Origin: Verrucomicrobiota bacterium
GTDB lineage: Bacteria > Verrucomicrobiota > Verrucomicrobiia > Opitutales > Cerasicoccaceae
NCBI GenBank assembly: GCA_039818205.1
Contig: JBCBUK010000003.1
Location: 288,001 to 352,000 of the forward strand
Length of the DNA stretch: 64,000 bases
Reading direction: 5' to 3'
Shown here: positions 41,490-51,303 of the stretch, piece by piece
How the letters are laid out: every line of letters starts with the position of its first letter
How positions within the stretch are numbered: the stretch's first letter is position 1
Program-made: the position numbers and the translations under genes
Notes under the pieces: model-generated
What the model was told of the DNA's origin: nothing
Database searches by the model: none
What the model saw: only the letters and a program-made list of their open reading frames with translations

Positions 41490-41759
41490 ATGGCACGTTC
41501 GATCAAAAAAGGCTTCTTCGTTGACCCGAAGCTGATGGACAAGATTGAAGCCGCACAATCTGCTGGCTCCACTAAACCCATCAAGACGTGGTCGCGTCGC
41601 TCGACGATCACTCCCGAATTCGTTGGCCTCAACCTTTCCGTTCACAATGGTAAGGGCTTCATGCCCGTTTACGTTACGGAAAACATGGTTGGCCACAAAT
41701 TGGGTGAGTTCGCACCGACGCGCACCTTCAAGGGTCACCAGCCGTCCTCCAAGAAATAA
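41490..41759 (+). CDS. rpsS: 30S ribosomal protein S19
   Basis: [20 protein letters not shown]. Confidence 0.99.
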   Translation: MARSIKKGFFVDPKLMDKIEAAQSAGSTKPIKTWSRRSTITPEFVGLNLSVHNGKGFMPVYVTENMVGHKLGEFAPTRTFKGHQPSSKK

Positions 41760-41780
41760 CCCGTTTCGCTCATCTTAACC

Positions 41781-42338
41781 ATGATCCGTTTCCTTAAACA
41801 AGCGCTCTTGATTTCCGGTCTTTTGACTGGCGGGTCGCTTGTAGCCGAGGAAAGCGAGGCCCGCTTCGACCTGCGTTTTATTACGTCAGACTTCGAAGGT
41901 AAATGGGCCGAGATCGAGGTTGAGGAAGAGCGTCCGGTTGAAACCGTCAATCCCGGCTTTCCAACCAAAGCCCCCGCTGAGGTGGTTGTGGTTGAGGATT
42001 TGAATCCGGCCGAGTTTGCGATCCTCCGCGAGGCCGCCCAGTTGCGGACCGAAGTGCCGGAGTTTGCTAATAGCAGTATTTATCCATCCGGTGAGGCCGT
42101 TGTCTTTGGTGTCACCGAAAACAAGGCCGCCGACATTGTCATTCTCGACAATGGCCTCGATCAAGGTTTCCGCGTTGGGATGCTCTGTGAGATCACCCGC
42201 GAGGACACCGTCGTCGGAACCATTATTTTAGTTGCCGTTGAAGCTGACCGCTCCGCCGGCCTCATCGTTAACCTTCAGCCAGGCCGCAAAATTGTTTTCG
42301 GCGACCTGGCCCGCATTAAGACCGTTCAATTTTCCTAA
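41781..42338 (+). CDS. Hypothetical exported protein inserted in the S10 operon
   Basis: 185 aa with a signal-peptide-like N-terminus and beta-rich C-domain (ILDNGLDQGFRVGM...VGTIILV...SAG). Fills the rpsS-rplV gap with 21- and 13-nt spacers. Confidence 0.8.
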   Translation: MIRFLKQALLISGLLTGGSLVAEESEARFDLRFITSDFEGKWAEIEVEEERPVETVNPGFPTKAPAEVVVVEDLNPAEFAILREAAQLRTEVPEFANSSIYPSGEAVVFGVTENKAADIVILDNGLDQGFRVGMLCEITREDTVVGTIILVAVEADRSAGLIVNLQPGRKIVFGDLARIKTVQFS

Positions 42339-42351
42339 CTAAGTAGATACC

Positions 42352-42702
42352 ATGGAAGTCTTGGCTCTCACCAAATACGCGCGTATGTCGCCAATAAAGG
42401 TTCGTGAAGTCGCCCGCGAAATTCAGGGCCTTCCCGCCAATGAAGCGATGGACCTTTTAAAGTTCATCCCGCGCAAGTCCGCACGCCTCTTGTCTAAGAC
42501 GCTCGCTAGCGCCATTGCTAACGCGGAGAACAACCACAACCTTTCATCCGACGATCTCGTGATCAAGAGCGCGATCATCGAAGAGGGCCCAGCCTTCCGC
42601 CGCTTCCAACCGGTTGCTCGTGGTTCCGCTCACCCCCTTCGTAAACGCACTAGCCACATTCGCATCATCCTCACCGACGAGGTGAAGGAGCCAGCAGCTT
42701 AA
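42352..42702 (+). CDS. rplV: 50S ribosomal protein L22
   Basis: RMSPIKVR, SAIANAENN, ARGSA, RTSHIRI. Confidence 0.99.
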   Translation: MEVLALTKYARMSPIKVREVAREIQGLPANEAMDLLKFIPRKSARLLSKTLASAIANAENNHNLSSDDLVIKSAIIEEGPAFRRFQPVARGSAHPLRKRTSHIRIILTDEVKEPAA

Positions 42703-42725
42703 CCCTTTAAAACACGCACTTAAAT

Positions 42726-43361
42726 ATGGGACAGAAAGTAAATCCTAAAGGCTTCCGCCTCGCCGTCCGTCGTGACTGGGACAGCCGTTGGTTCGCCGAC
42801 AAGAAGCAATTCCCTGAGTTCATTGCTGAGGACAACAGTATCCGCACCTTCCTGAATGAGCGCCTGCGCTTTGCCTCCGTGCCAAAGATCTACATCGAGC
42901 GCGCCGGCCAGCGTGTCCGCGTCAAGATCTACACCGCTCGTCCAGGTATCGTCATTGGTCGTAAGGGTGCAGAATTGGACAAGCTCAAGGCTGACCTTTC
43001 CAAGCTCGTTAAGCGCGAAGTCCTCCTCGACATCGCGGAAGTCAAGAAGCCAGACCTCGTTGCCCAGCTCGTCGCCGAGAACGTAGCACTGCAACTTGAG
43101 CGTCGTATTTCTTTCCGCCGTGCGATGAAGAAGGCCGTCCAGACCACTATGCAGATGGGTGCTGACGGTATTCGCGTCCAGTGCGCTGGTCGTCTTGGTG
43201 GTGCGGAAATCGCCCGGACCGAACAACAGCGTCAGGGTCGTGTGCCTCTACACACATTGCGCGAAAACATCGACTATGGTTTCGCTGAAGCACGCACCCT
43301 TTATGGGATCATCGGCATCAAGTGCTGGATCTGTAATTCTGACCCGGAAGAAGGCCTGTAA
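42726..43361 (+). CDS. rpsC: 30S ribosomal protein S3
   Basis: MGQKVNP, ARPGIVIGRKG, GRLGGAEIAR. Confidence 0.99.
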   Translation: MGQKVNPKGFRLAVRRDWDSRWFADKKQFPEFIAEDNSIRTFLNERLRFASVPKIYIERAGQRVRVKIYTARPGIVIGRKGAELDKLKADLSKLVKREVLLDIAEVKKPDLVAQLVAENVALQLERRISFRRAMKKAVQTTMQMGADGIRVQCAGRLGGAEIARTEQQRQGRVPLHTLRENIDYGFAEARTLYGIIGIKCWICNSDPEEGL

Positions 43362-43396
43362 GCCCTCGCAACGTTAATCTTTAAAGACTTAGAACA

Positions 43397-43825
43397 ATGG
43401 CAAAACTTCTACCAGCCAAGACCAAGTACCGCAAGGTGCACAAGGGCCGTATCCGTGGACGCGCCAAGGGTTGTGACACGCTCGCATTTGGTGAGTTCGG
43501 CTTGCAAGCTCTGGGCCGTGGTCGCTTGACCGCCGCTCAACTCGAAGCCGCTCGTGTTACCATCAACCGTTACCTTAAGCGCCGCGGTAAAGTTTGGATC
43601 CGTGTTTTCCCTCACAAGCCAGTGACCAAGAAGCCTCAAGAAACCCGTCAGGGTAAAGGTAAGGGGCCCGTTGAGTACTGGTGTGCGATCGTTAAGCCCG
43701 GCACGATGCTCTTCGAAGTATCGGGTTGTGGTGCTCAAGCCGCTCGCGAAGCGATGCGCCGCGCCGATGGCAAGCTGCCTTTCCGTTGCCGCTTTGTTAG
43801 CCGCGAAGAACTCGAACAATACTAA
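43397..43825 (+). CDS. rplP: 50S ribosomal protein L16
   Basis: KYRK, QLEAAR, WIRVFP, GKGKG. Confidence 0.99.
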   Translation: MAKLLPAKTKYRKVHKGRIRGRAKGCDTLAFGEFGLQALGRGRLTAAQLEAARVTINRYLKRRGKVWIRVFPHKPVTKKPQETRQGKGKGPVEYWCAIVKPGTMLFEVSGCGAQAAREAMRRADGKLPFRCRFVSREELEQY

Positions 43826-43866
43826 TTAAGAAATCCGCAATTTTGCGCCGATACCTTTAGACCGCG

Positions 43867-44064
43867 ATGAAAGCCAAAGACATCCGTGAACTTTCCCCCG
43901 AGGAACTCAACAAGAAGCTCCGCGACACCCGCGATGAGCTCGTAAATCTCCGTGTGCGTAAGCAGGTCGGCCAAGTGGAAAATCCGTCCCAACTACGCTC
44001 CCTCCGCCGTGACATAGCCCGCATCGAAACGATCCTTAATCAAAAGGAAGCGGCTACTGCCTAA
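43867..44064 (+). CDS. rpmC: 50S ribosomal protein L29
   Basis: MKAKDIRELS, ENPSQLR, RRDIARIET. Confidence 0.97.
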   Translation: MKAKDIRELSPEELNKKLRDTRDELVNLRVRKQVGQVENPSQLRSLRRDIARIETILNQKEAATA

Positions 44065-44115
44065 CGAACGAATGAGCCGGTGCTAGTTGCTGGCGAATCA
44101 AACAATTAAAAAGAA

Positions 44116-44406
44116 ATGTCCGAAACCGAAACACAGAGCAAGGCTCGCAGCAGCGACCGTAAGGACCTGGTTGGTGTTGTCACCAGCCGCACGGGAGACA
44201 AGTCGATCAAGGTAACCTTTTTCTTCAAGACCCCGCACCCTCTTTACAAGAAAGAGATTAAGCGTAAGACCGTAGTTCACGCCCACGACGAAAAGAACGA
44301 GTGCGGTGTTGGCGACAAGGTCGAGATCATGGAAACCCGCCCCTTGAGCAAGCTCAAGCGCTGGCGTGTTGTGAAAATCCTTCATAAGGCACCGATTGTC
44401 GGCTAG
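44116..44406 (+). CDS. rpsQ: 30S ribosomal protein S17
   Basis: HPLYKK, AHDE, ETRPLSKLKRW. Confidence 0.98.
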   Translation: MSETETQSKARSSDRKDLVGVVTSRTGDKSIKVTFFFKTPHPLYKKEIKRKTVVHAHDEKNECGVGDKVEIMETRPLSKLKRWRVVKILHKAPIVG

Positions 44407-44454
44407 CGCCGAGCGGAAGCCGCTTTAACCACTTTTTAAAGGGAACCCGTTCCA

Positions 44455-44820
44455 ATGATTCAGCCCGAAAGCAGATTACAAGTTGCCGATAACACCGGCG
44501 CAAAAGAAGTGCTCATGATTCGCCGTCTTGGCCAAGCCAAGGTAACCGCCTCGGTTGGTGACGTCATCGTTTGCACTGTAAAGGAGAGCTCACCCGAAGC
44601 CGCCGTTAAGAAAGGCACCGTCGTTAAGGCGGTAGTCGTTCGCACCAAGGCTCCAATCCGCCGCGCCGACGGCAGCTACCTCCGTTTTGACAAGAACGCC
44701 TGTGTTGTTTTGGACAACAACAGCAACCCACGTGGCACCCGTATCTTCGGACCGGTTGCTCGTGAACTTCGCTCGAAGAAGTTTATGAAGATCATCTCCC
44801 TTGCACCTGAAGTGCTCTAA
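44455..44820 (+). CDS. rplN: 50S ribosomal protein L14
   Basis: [28 protein letters not shown]. Confidence 0.99.
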   Translation: MIQPESRLQVADNTGAKEVLMIRRLGQAKVTASVGDVIVCTVKESSPEAAVKKGTVVKAVVVRTKAPIRRADGSYLRFDKNACVVLDNNSNPRGTRIFGPVARELRSKKFMKIISLAPEVL

Positions 44821-44855
44821 GGACCCGGATAATTTTTCAACGACGTTTAACTATC

Positions 44856-45101
44856 ATGAAATTTAAAATCAAACGTGGAGACGAGGTCGTCGTGATCTCT
44901 GGCGCGCACAAGGGACAACGTGGCAAGGTGCTGCAAGTTCTGCGCGAAAAGGAGCGGGTCATTATCGAAGGTGTCAACATGATCAAGAAGCACCAAAAGG
45001 CCACTCAAGATAACCCAGAAGGAGCCATCGTCGAGCGCGAGGGCACCGTTCACTATTCCAACGTAATGCTCGCTGAGCGTTTCGATAAGAAGAGCGCTTA
45101 A
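44856..45101 (+). CDS. rplX: 50S ribosomal protein L24 (short form, 81 aa)
   Basis: [24 protein letters not shown]. Confidence 0.96.
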   Translation: MKFKIKRGDEVVVISGAHKGQRGKVLQVLREKERVIIEGVNMIKKHQKATQDNPEGAIVEREGTVHYSNVMLAERFDKKSA

Positions 45102-45163
45102 TTTTACTAATTTAATCTTAGCCAAGACCTGGGGGTCGGAAATCTCCAGGCCAGAAAAAACCA

Positions 45164-45745
45164 ATGAGCCAAGACACACCATACCTGAAAATGCACTACG
45201 CCGAACAAGTAGTTCCTGAGTTGAAGAAGACTCATGGCTACAAGAACGCGCACCAGGTGCCCAAGATCGCCAAAGTTGTCATCAACTCTGGATTCGACGC
45301 CACCAAGGATAAGAACTGGGCGGGCGAAGTTCATAAGGAGATCTCCTCTATCGCCGGTCAGCAAGCTGTCCTCACTCGCGCAAGCAAGAGTGTTTCGAAC
45401 TTTAAGCTCCGTGAAGGCATGCCAATCGGCGTGAAGGTAACACTCCGCGGTGCTCGTATGTATGACTTTTTGTTCCGCTTGATCGCCGTTTCTCTGCCAA
45501 ACATCCGTGACTTCCGCGGTGTGTCCCGTAAGTTGGACGGGCAGGGCAACTACACGCTCGGTATTACCGACAGCACCATCTTTCCTGAAATCAATGCCGA
45601 TTCCGGAGGTCGTGAAACCATCGGTATGGACATCACTATCGTAACCACGGCAGATTCAGATGACGAGGGACGTGATTTGCTTCAACTCATGGGTATGCCA
45701 TTCCGCAAGGATCCAAAGGCTGGTGAGGAAAACCAAGCCGCATAA
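45164..45745 (+). CDS. rplE: 50S ribosomal protein L5
   Basis: VPKIAKVVIN, FKLREGMPIG, PNIRDFRG, GMDITIVT. Confidence 0.99.
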   Translation: MSQDTPYLKMHYAEQVVPELKKTHGYKNAHQVPKIAKVVINSGFDATKDKNWAGEVHKEISSIAGQQAVLTRASKSVSNFKLREGMPIGVKVTLRGARMYDFLFRLIAVSLPNIRDFRGVSRKLDGQGNYTLGITDSTIFPEINADSGGRETIGMDITIVTTADSDDEGRDLLQLMGMPFRKDPKAGEENQAA

Positions 45746-45769
45746 TCTTAATTCCAATTTTTATTCATT

Positions 45770-46075
45770 ATGGCTAAGAAAAGCGCAATCGCACGTAACA
45801 AAAAGCGTGAACGCATGGTCGAAAAATATGCGGCCAAGCGTGCAGAATTGAAGGCGATCATCGCCAACCCAGAGACACCTGACGAGGAGTTCTTCGCTGC
45901 TCAGCGTAAGTTGACCCTCTTGCCACGCAATTCGGCTCCAACCCGTCTGCGCAACCGTTGCAACGTCACCGGCCGTCCACGTGCGCACATCCGCAAGTAT
46001 GGTCTGTCTCGTTTGACCTTCCGTGAGCTCGCATTGGCTGGCCACATTCCTGGCGTCACCAAGTCTTCCTGGTAG
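45770..46075 (+). CDS. rpsN: 30S ribosomal protein S14 (long, zinc-independent type)
   Basis: [30 protein letters not shown]; only one Cys. Confidence 0.98.
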   Translation: MAKKSAIARNKKRERMVEKYAAKRAELKAIIANPETPDEEFFAAQRKLTLLPRNSAPTRLRNRCNVTGRPRAHIRKYGLSRLTFRELALAGHIPGVTKSSW

Positions 46076-46127
46076 GACACGCCCCAATCTTTTAATCAAA
46101 AAAATAACAACCAAAACCCTATAAGTC

Positions 46128-46526
46128 ATGGCATCCCACGATACTATAGGAGACTTCCTTACACTGATTCGCAACGCCAGCACTGCTGGTCAAGAAGTGA
46201 CAACCTCCCGCTTTTCCAAGTTGAAGGCTGGGGTTGCTTCGATCCTCAAGGACGAAGGCTACATTCACGGTTTCGCGATTCGTGAGGAAGGACCCGGACA
46301 CAAATTCATCGACATCTCCCTGAAGTATGTTGATGGTCGCGCCGCTATTGTCGGCATCGAACGTTACAGCAAGCCTGGACGTCGCCTATATTCTGGCTAC
46401 GAGGAAATTCCAAAGGTCCTCGGCGGACTTGGCGTCTCCATCCTCACCACCTCTAAAGGCATCCTTAAGGATCGCGATGCGCGCCGTGCGAAAGTCGGCG
46501 GCGAAGTGATCTGCAAGGTTTGGTAA
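46128..46526 (+). CDS. rpsH: 30S ribosomal protein S8
   Basis: DTIGDFLTLIRNA, SKPGRRLY, VGGEV. Confidence 0.99.
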   Translation: MASHDTIGDFLTLIRNASTAGQEVTTSRFSKLKAGVASILKDEGYIHGFAIREEGPGHKFIDISLKYVDGRAAIVGIERYSKPGRRLYSGYEEIPKVLGGLGVSILTTSKGILKDRDARRAKVGGEVICKVW

Positions 46527-46546
46527 GTCGAAAGGAGCGCAACATC

Positions 46547-47086
46547 ATGAGCAGAATTGGTAAAATTCCCGTCGATATCCTCGACAAAGTTAACGTTTCC
46601 GTTAGCGGCCAAACCGTCAGTGTTGATGGCCCAAAGGGTAAACTCAGCAAGACTTTCGACAGCGATGTTAAAGTGTCGGTAGACGATGGCAAAGTTGTCA
46701 TCGAGCCGTCGAATGCATCCCGACAAGCAAAGGCAATGTGGGGCACCACACGCTCGATCATCAATGGAATGATTATCGGCGTCACGTCTCCTTACAAGAA
46801 GCAGCTTGAGATTGAAGGTGTTGGTTTTAAGGCCATCCTCAAGGGTGACATTCTTGATCTGGCTTTGGGTTATTCTCACCCGATCAACTACCCAGTGCCC
46901 GCTGGCGTTACCGTGACCGTTGATAAATCCGGCACGAAGCTGGACGTCGAAGGTCCCGACAAGCAAGCCGTTGGTCAAGTCGCCGCTGATATTTTCAGCT
47001 TCTACCCAGTTGAGCCTTACAAGGGCAAAGGGGTTCGCATCGTTGGCCGTTACGTTCGCCGTAAGGAAGGTAAGAAGACTGGTTAA
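46547..47086 (+). CDS. rplF: 50S ribosomal protein L6
   Basis: MSRIGKIP, GPKG, LGYSHP, EPYKGKG. Confidence 0.99.
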   Translation: MSRIGKIPVDILDKVNVSVSGQTVSVDGPKGKLSKTFDSDVKVSVDDGKVVIEPSNASRQAKAMWGTTRSIINGMIIGVTSPYKKQLEIEGVGFKAILKGDILDLALGYSHPINYPVPAGVTVTVDKSGTKLDVEGPDKQAVGQVAADIFSFYPVEPYKGKGVRIVGRYVRRKEGKKTG

Positions 47087-47133
47087 TCGTCTTCTCTACG
47101 ATACTCATTAATTTTTAGCTGAGAAACACAGCA

Positions 47134-47499
47134 ATGAAACTTGCAAAAAAACTTGTTCAAAATCGCCAGAAGCGCCGTTGGCGCATTCGCAAAAAGGCGA
47201 CCGGTAGCGCTGAGCGTCCACGTCTTGTCGTTACCTTTACTAACCTCCACATCCACGCCCAGTGCATTGATGACGTCGCCCAAAAGACGATCGCCTCTGC
47301 CTCGTCCATGGGTAAGGATGTGCGTGATCAAAAGCTTAAGGCTAACGTCGAAAGTGCAGCCACCCTTGGTAAGTTGATAGGCGAACGCGCCAAAGCTGCC
47401 GGGGTTGAGAAGGTTGTCTTCGATCGTGCAGGCCGTCGTTACCATGGTTGCGTCAAGGCTTTCGCCGACGCCGCCCGTGAAGCCGGTCTTAACTTCTAA
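47134..47499 (+). CDS. rplR: 50S ribosomal protein L18
   Basis: RPRL, VVFDR, YHG, AREAGL. Confidence 0.98.
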   Translation: MKLAKKLVQNRQKRRWRIRKKATGSAERPRLVVTFTNLHIHAQCIDDVAQKTIASASSMGKDVRDQKLKANVESAATLGKLIGERAKAAGVEKVVFDRAGRRYHGCVKAFADAAREAGLNF

Positions 47500-47511
47500 C
47501 GAATTTCGAAA

Positions 47512-48195
<684 letters not shown>

Positions 48196-48248
48196 ATTTA
48201 TTTAACCTTCAACGACGGCTCGCCCCGCGAGCCTGAGAAAGTAAAATC

Positions 48249-48728
48249 ATGAAACTTCACACTTTAAAGAACGTTCCCGGAGCGAAGAGCCGTCGCAAGC
48301 GCGTCGGTATCGGTGAAGGCTCGGGCCGTGGTAAGACTTCGTCGCACGGTCAAAAGGGTCAAAAGTCACGTAGTGGCGGCAGTATCCGTATCGGTTTTGA
48401 GTCGGGTCACATTCCTCTCTACCGTCGTTTGCCACACCGTGGTTTCAACAACTATAAGTTCCGCAACGACTACGCGATCGTCAACTTGAGCGACCTCGAC
48501 CGCGTTGAGGGCGATGTTGTAAACAAGGAAACTTTGGTTGCTGCTGGTCTCGTTCGTGTTCGCGCGAAGAAGGTCAAGATCTTGGCTGATGGCGAAGTCA
48601 CCCGTGCATTGACGGTGACTGTCGACAAGTTCTCCGGATCAGCGGTTAGTAAAATCGAAGCAGCCGGTGGCAAAGCCATCATTGCTGAGGCAACCAATAA
48701 GAAGGGCGAAATCATAGCTGAATCTTAA
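48249..48728 (+). CDS. rplO: 50S ribosomal protein L15
   Basis: KRVG.GEGSGRGKT, GQKGQKSRSG, PLYRRLP.RGF, KIEAAGG. Confidence 0.98.
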   Translation: MKLHTLKNVPGAKSRRKRVGIGEGSGRGKTSSHGQKGQKSRSGGSIRIGFESGHIPLYRRLPHRGFNNYKFRNDYAIVNLSDLDRVEGDVVNKETLVAAGLVRVRAKKVKILADGEVTRALTVTVDKFSGSAVSKIEAAGGKAIIAEATNKKGEIIAES

Positions 48729-48735
48729 TTGCAGC

Positions 48736-48873
48736 GAGAAGGCAGAAGAGAGGGGAACATCAGGAACTTATTTCGAGTCACCGTCTGGAGAGCTTTATTT
48801 GATACCAAGTAAAATTTCTTCGTTCGGCTCGAAAAGAAGCTCGACCTGTCCGCCTTCTCTCTTCTGCCTTCTC
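48736..48873 (+). other. Long rod-like RNA hairpin in the rplO-secY spacer
   Basis: Perfect 17-bp inverted repeat (48736-48752 / 48857-48873) enclosing four further helices. Confidence 0.8.
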
Positions 48874-48901
48874 ACTTTTCCTCTTTTAAAATCCCGCCTT
48901 C

Positions 48902-50419
48902 ATGTTAAACGCATTCGTCAATTGTTTCAAAATCCCGGAACTCCGGGCCCGAATACTCTTCACGCTTGGCATGATCTTCATTGCCCGCGTGGGTGCGAAT
49001 ATCCCGCTACCCGGGATTGACCCACGCCCATTGCAAGAGTATTTCGCGACCGCTGCTGACAGCGGTCTCTTTGGGCTCTATAACATGTTCACCGGGGGTG
49101 CTCTTCTCAAGGGTGCGGTCTTCGCGCTCGGCATCATGCCATATATTAGTGCGTCGATTATTTTGCAGTTGATGGGTGCTGTGGTGCCAACCTTGGCCCG
49201 CTTACAACAGGAAGGGGAGACTGGTCGCCAGAAGATCACACAGTATACCCGCTATTTGACCATCGCCATTGCGCTGGTTCAATCGGTTCTGCTGAATCTG
49301 ACTCTGCTGCGCAATCCGGAGAGCTTCTTCCAGGGATTCTCGATTGCTGAGTTTGGATCGATCGTTGTCATAGATCCGACCTGGTTCATGATCACGTCGA
49401 CGATCTACTTGACGGCAGGCACCGTTTTGCTGATGTGGATTGGTGAGCAAATAACCCAGCGCGGTATTGGTAACGGTATTTCACTGCTGATCACCATTGG
49501 TATTTTGGCTGACTTACCGTCGGCCGTGAGCTTTGCGATCGATGGCCTGATGGCGCCGGCTGGTGCAGCTATTCAAATCTCCTCGGCTCAGTTTGCTGCG
49601 ATGATGATCTTCCTCGTCCTCGTGATTGCAGGTATTGTTTCGGTGACTCAAGCAGTGCGCAAAATACCGGTCCAGTATGCGAAGCGAGTTGTTGGGCGAA
49701 AGGTATTCGGTGGTCAAAGCTCGTTCCTTCCGTTGAAGGTTAATTACGCGGGTGTTATGCCGGTTATCTTCGCGAGTGCGATTTTGATGTTCCCGACTTA
49801 TCTGTTGGAAACACTCGCTGGCGCGACTGGCCAGGATTTCTTCCGCGATATTGCGAGCTGGCTCTCACCAGGTCACTGGTTCTATTACGTATTTTATGGA
49901 TCGCTCATTCTTGGATTCTCCTACTTCTGGGTCTCCATCATGTTCAAGCCGATCCAGATTGCCGACGATTTGAAGAAGAATGGTGGTTATATTCCTGGCG
50001 TTCGCCCGGGTGAACCGACTGCCAAGTTCCTCGACTTCGTCATGACCCGCTTGACCCTGGCCGGTGCGATCTTCCTGACCGTCATTGCTATTTTGCCATT
50101 GCTGTTAGCAGATTCGTTGCGCATTCCATGGCAGGTATCACAGTTCTTTGGTGGCACCGGTACGCTGATTGCCGTTGGCGTGACATTGGACACGATGCGT
50201 CAGATCGAGACCTTCCTTTTGAACCGCCACTACGATGGCTTCCTAAAGAAGGGCAAGTCTCGCCACCGGGCCTCCAAGGCATCTCGCACCCGTCAACTTG
50301 TTGATGTTGCCGAGGTGAAGACCTTGAACGTCGGCATGCTCTGGACCACTTGTGGCATCCTGCTGGCGGTCGGACTTGTTTCATGGGTTATCCGTTCTTT
50401 CTTCCTGGGCGCTGGCTAA
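48902..50419 (+). CDS. secY: Preprotein translocase subunit SecY
   Basis: FALGIMPYISASII, GIGNGISL, KVNYAGVMPVIFA, IPGVRPG, GGT; extra hydrophobic C-tail. Confidence 0.99.
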   Translation: MLNAFVNCFKIPELRARILFTLGMIFIARVGANIPLPGIDPRPLQEYFATAADSGLFGLYNMFTGGALLKGAVFALGIMPYISASIILQLMGAVVPTLARLQQEGETGRQKITQYTRYLTIAIALVQSVLLNLTLLRNPESFFQGFSIAEFGSIVVIDPTWFMITSTIYLTAGTVLLMWIGEQITQRGIGNGISLLITIGILADLPSAVSFAIDGLMAPAGAAIQISSAQFAAMMIFLVLVIAGIVSVTQAVRKIPVQYAKRVVGRKVFGGQSSFLPLKVNYAGVMPVIFASAILMFPTYLLETLAGATGQDFFRDIASWLSPGHWFYYVFYGSLILGFSYFWVSIMFKPIQIADDLKKNGGYIPGVRPGEPTAKFLDFVMTRLTLAGAIFLTVIAILPLLLADSLRIPWQVSQFFGGTGTLIAVGVTLDTMRQIETFLLNRHYDGFLKKGKSRHRASKASRTRQLVDVAEVKTLNVGMLWTTCGILLAVGLVSWVIRSFFLGAG

Positions 50420-50444
50420 GCGTTCTGAAATACTGTTCTTTACC

Positions 50445-51230
50445 ATGTTACGTCGCCGCAGCCACAAGCAGATCCGCCCGGATGAAGAAGTCCAGGCAGT
50501 ACGTGAAGCTTGTGTCGTTGCGGCCACCGTGCTTGATAAGCTCTGCCAGATGGTCGAAGTCGGTGTCACGACTTACGATATCGATCAGGCGGGAAAACGT
50601 TTGTTGGCCTCAATGGATGCCGACAGTGCGTGCTTTAATTATCAAGTCGGTAACCGAATATACCCCGCCTACACGTGCCTTTCGGTCAACGACGAAGTCG
50701 TTCACGGGATTGGTAAGTTGGAAACCGTTTTGAATGACGGCGACAACGTCACGGTTGATGTCTGCGTTCAATACAACGGATTCATCGGCGATAATGCTCG
50801 AACCGTTATTGTCGGGCAGGGTAGTGAGTCCATGGAGCGACTCGTCGAAAAAACTCGGAAGGCACTTGAGCTTGGTATCGCCCAAGCCCGCGCTGGTAAC
50901 CGAGTTGGCGATATCTCCAGTGCGATCCAGCAATACGTTCAGCAGTCTGGCTACAGCGTTGTCCGCGAATTCGTCGGACATGGTGTTGGACGGACGATGC
51001 ACGAGGATCCGCAGATTCCCAATTACGGCCGCCCAAAGTCCGGAGCGAAATTGTTTCCCGGAATGACGCTTGCGATTGAACCAATGGTTCTTGAGGGTGG
51101 GGCAGCGATTTCCATCGATGATGACGGTTGGACGGCACGCACGCGTGACGGTAAACCAGCGGCTCATTTCGAACACACCGTTCTCGTGACCGAGGACGAA
51201 CCAGAAATTTTAACAATTCCGAAAAAATAA
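50445..51230 (+). CDS. map: Methionine aminopeptidase type I
   Basis: CLSVNDEVVHGI, GFIGDNART, GHGVG..MHEDP, LAIEPM, AHFEHT. Confidence 0.97.
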   Translation: MLRRRSHKQIRPDEEVQAVREACVVAATVLDKLCQMVEVGVTTYDIDQAGKRLLASMDADSACFNYQVGNRIYPAYTCLSVNDEVVHGIGKLETVLNDGDNVTVDVCVQYNGFIGDNARTVIVGQGSESMERLVEKTRKALELGIAQARAGNRVGDISSAIQQYVQQSGYSVVREFVGHGVGRTMHEDPQIPNYGRPKSGAKLFPGMTLAIEPMVLEGGAAISIDDDGWTARTRDGKPAAHFEHTVLVTEDEPEILTIPKK

Positions 51231-51303
51231 TCTTTCCAAAGCGTGGAACTTTGCTATTTTCTCCGCTTTTCCCTATTTACACACCCAACTGAATTAAAAC
51301 CAA

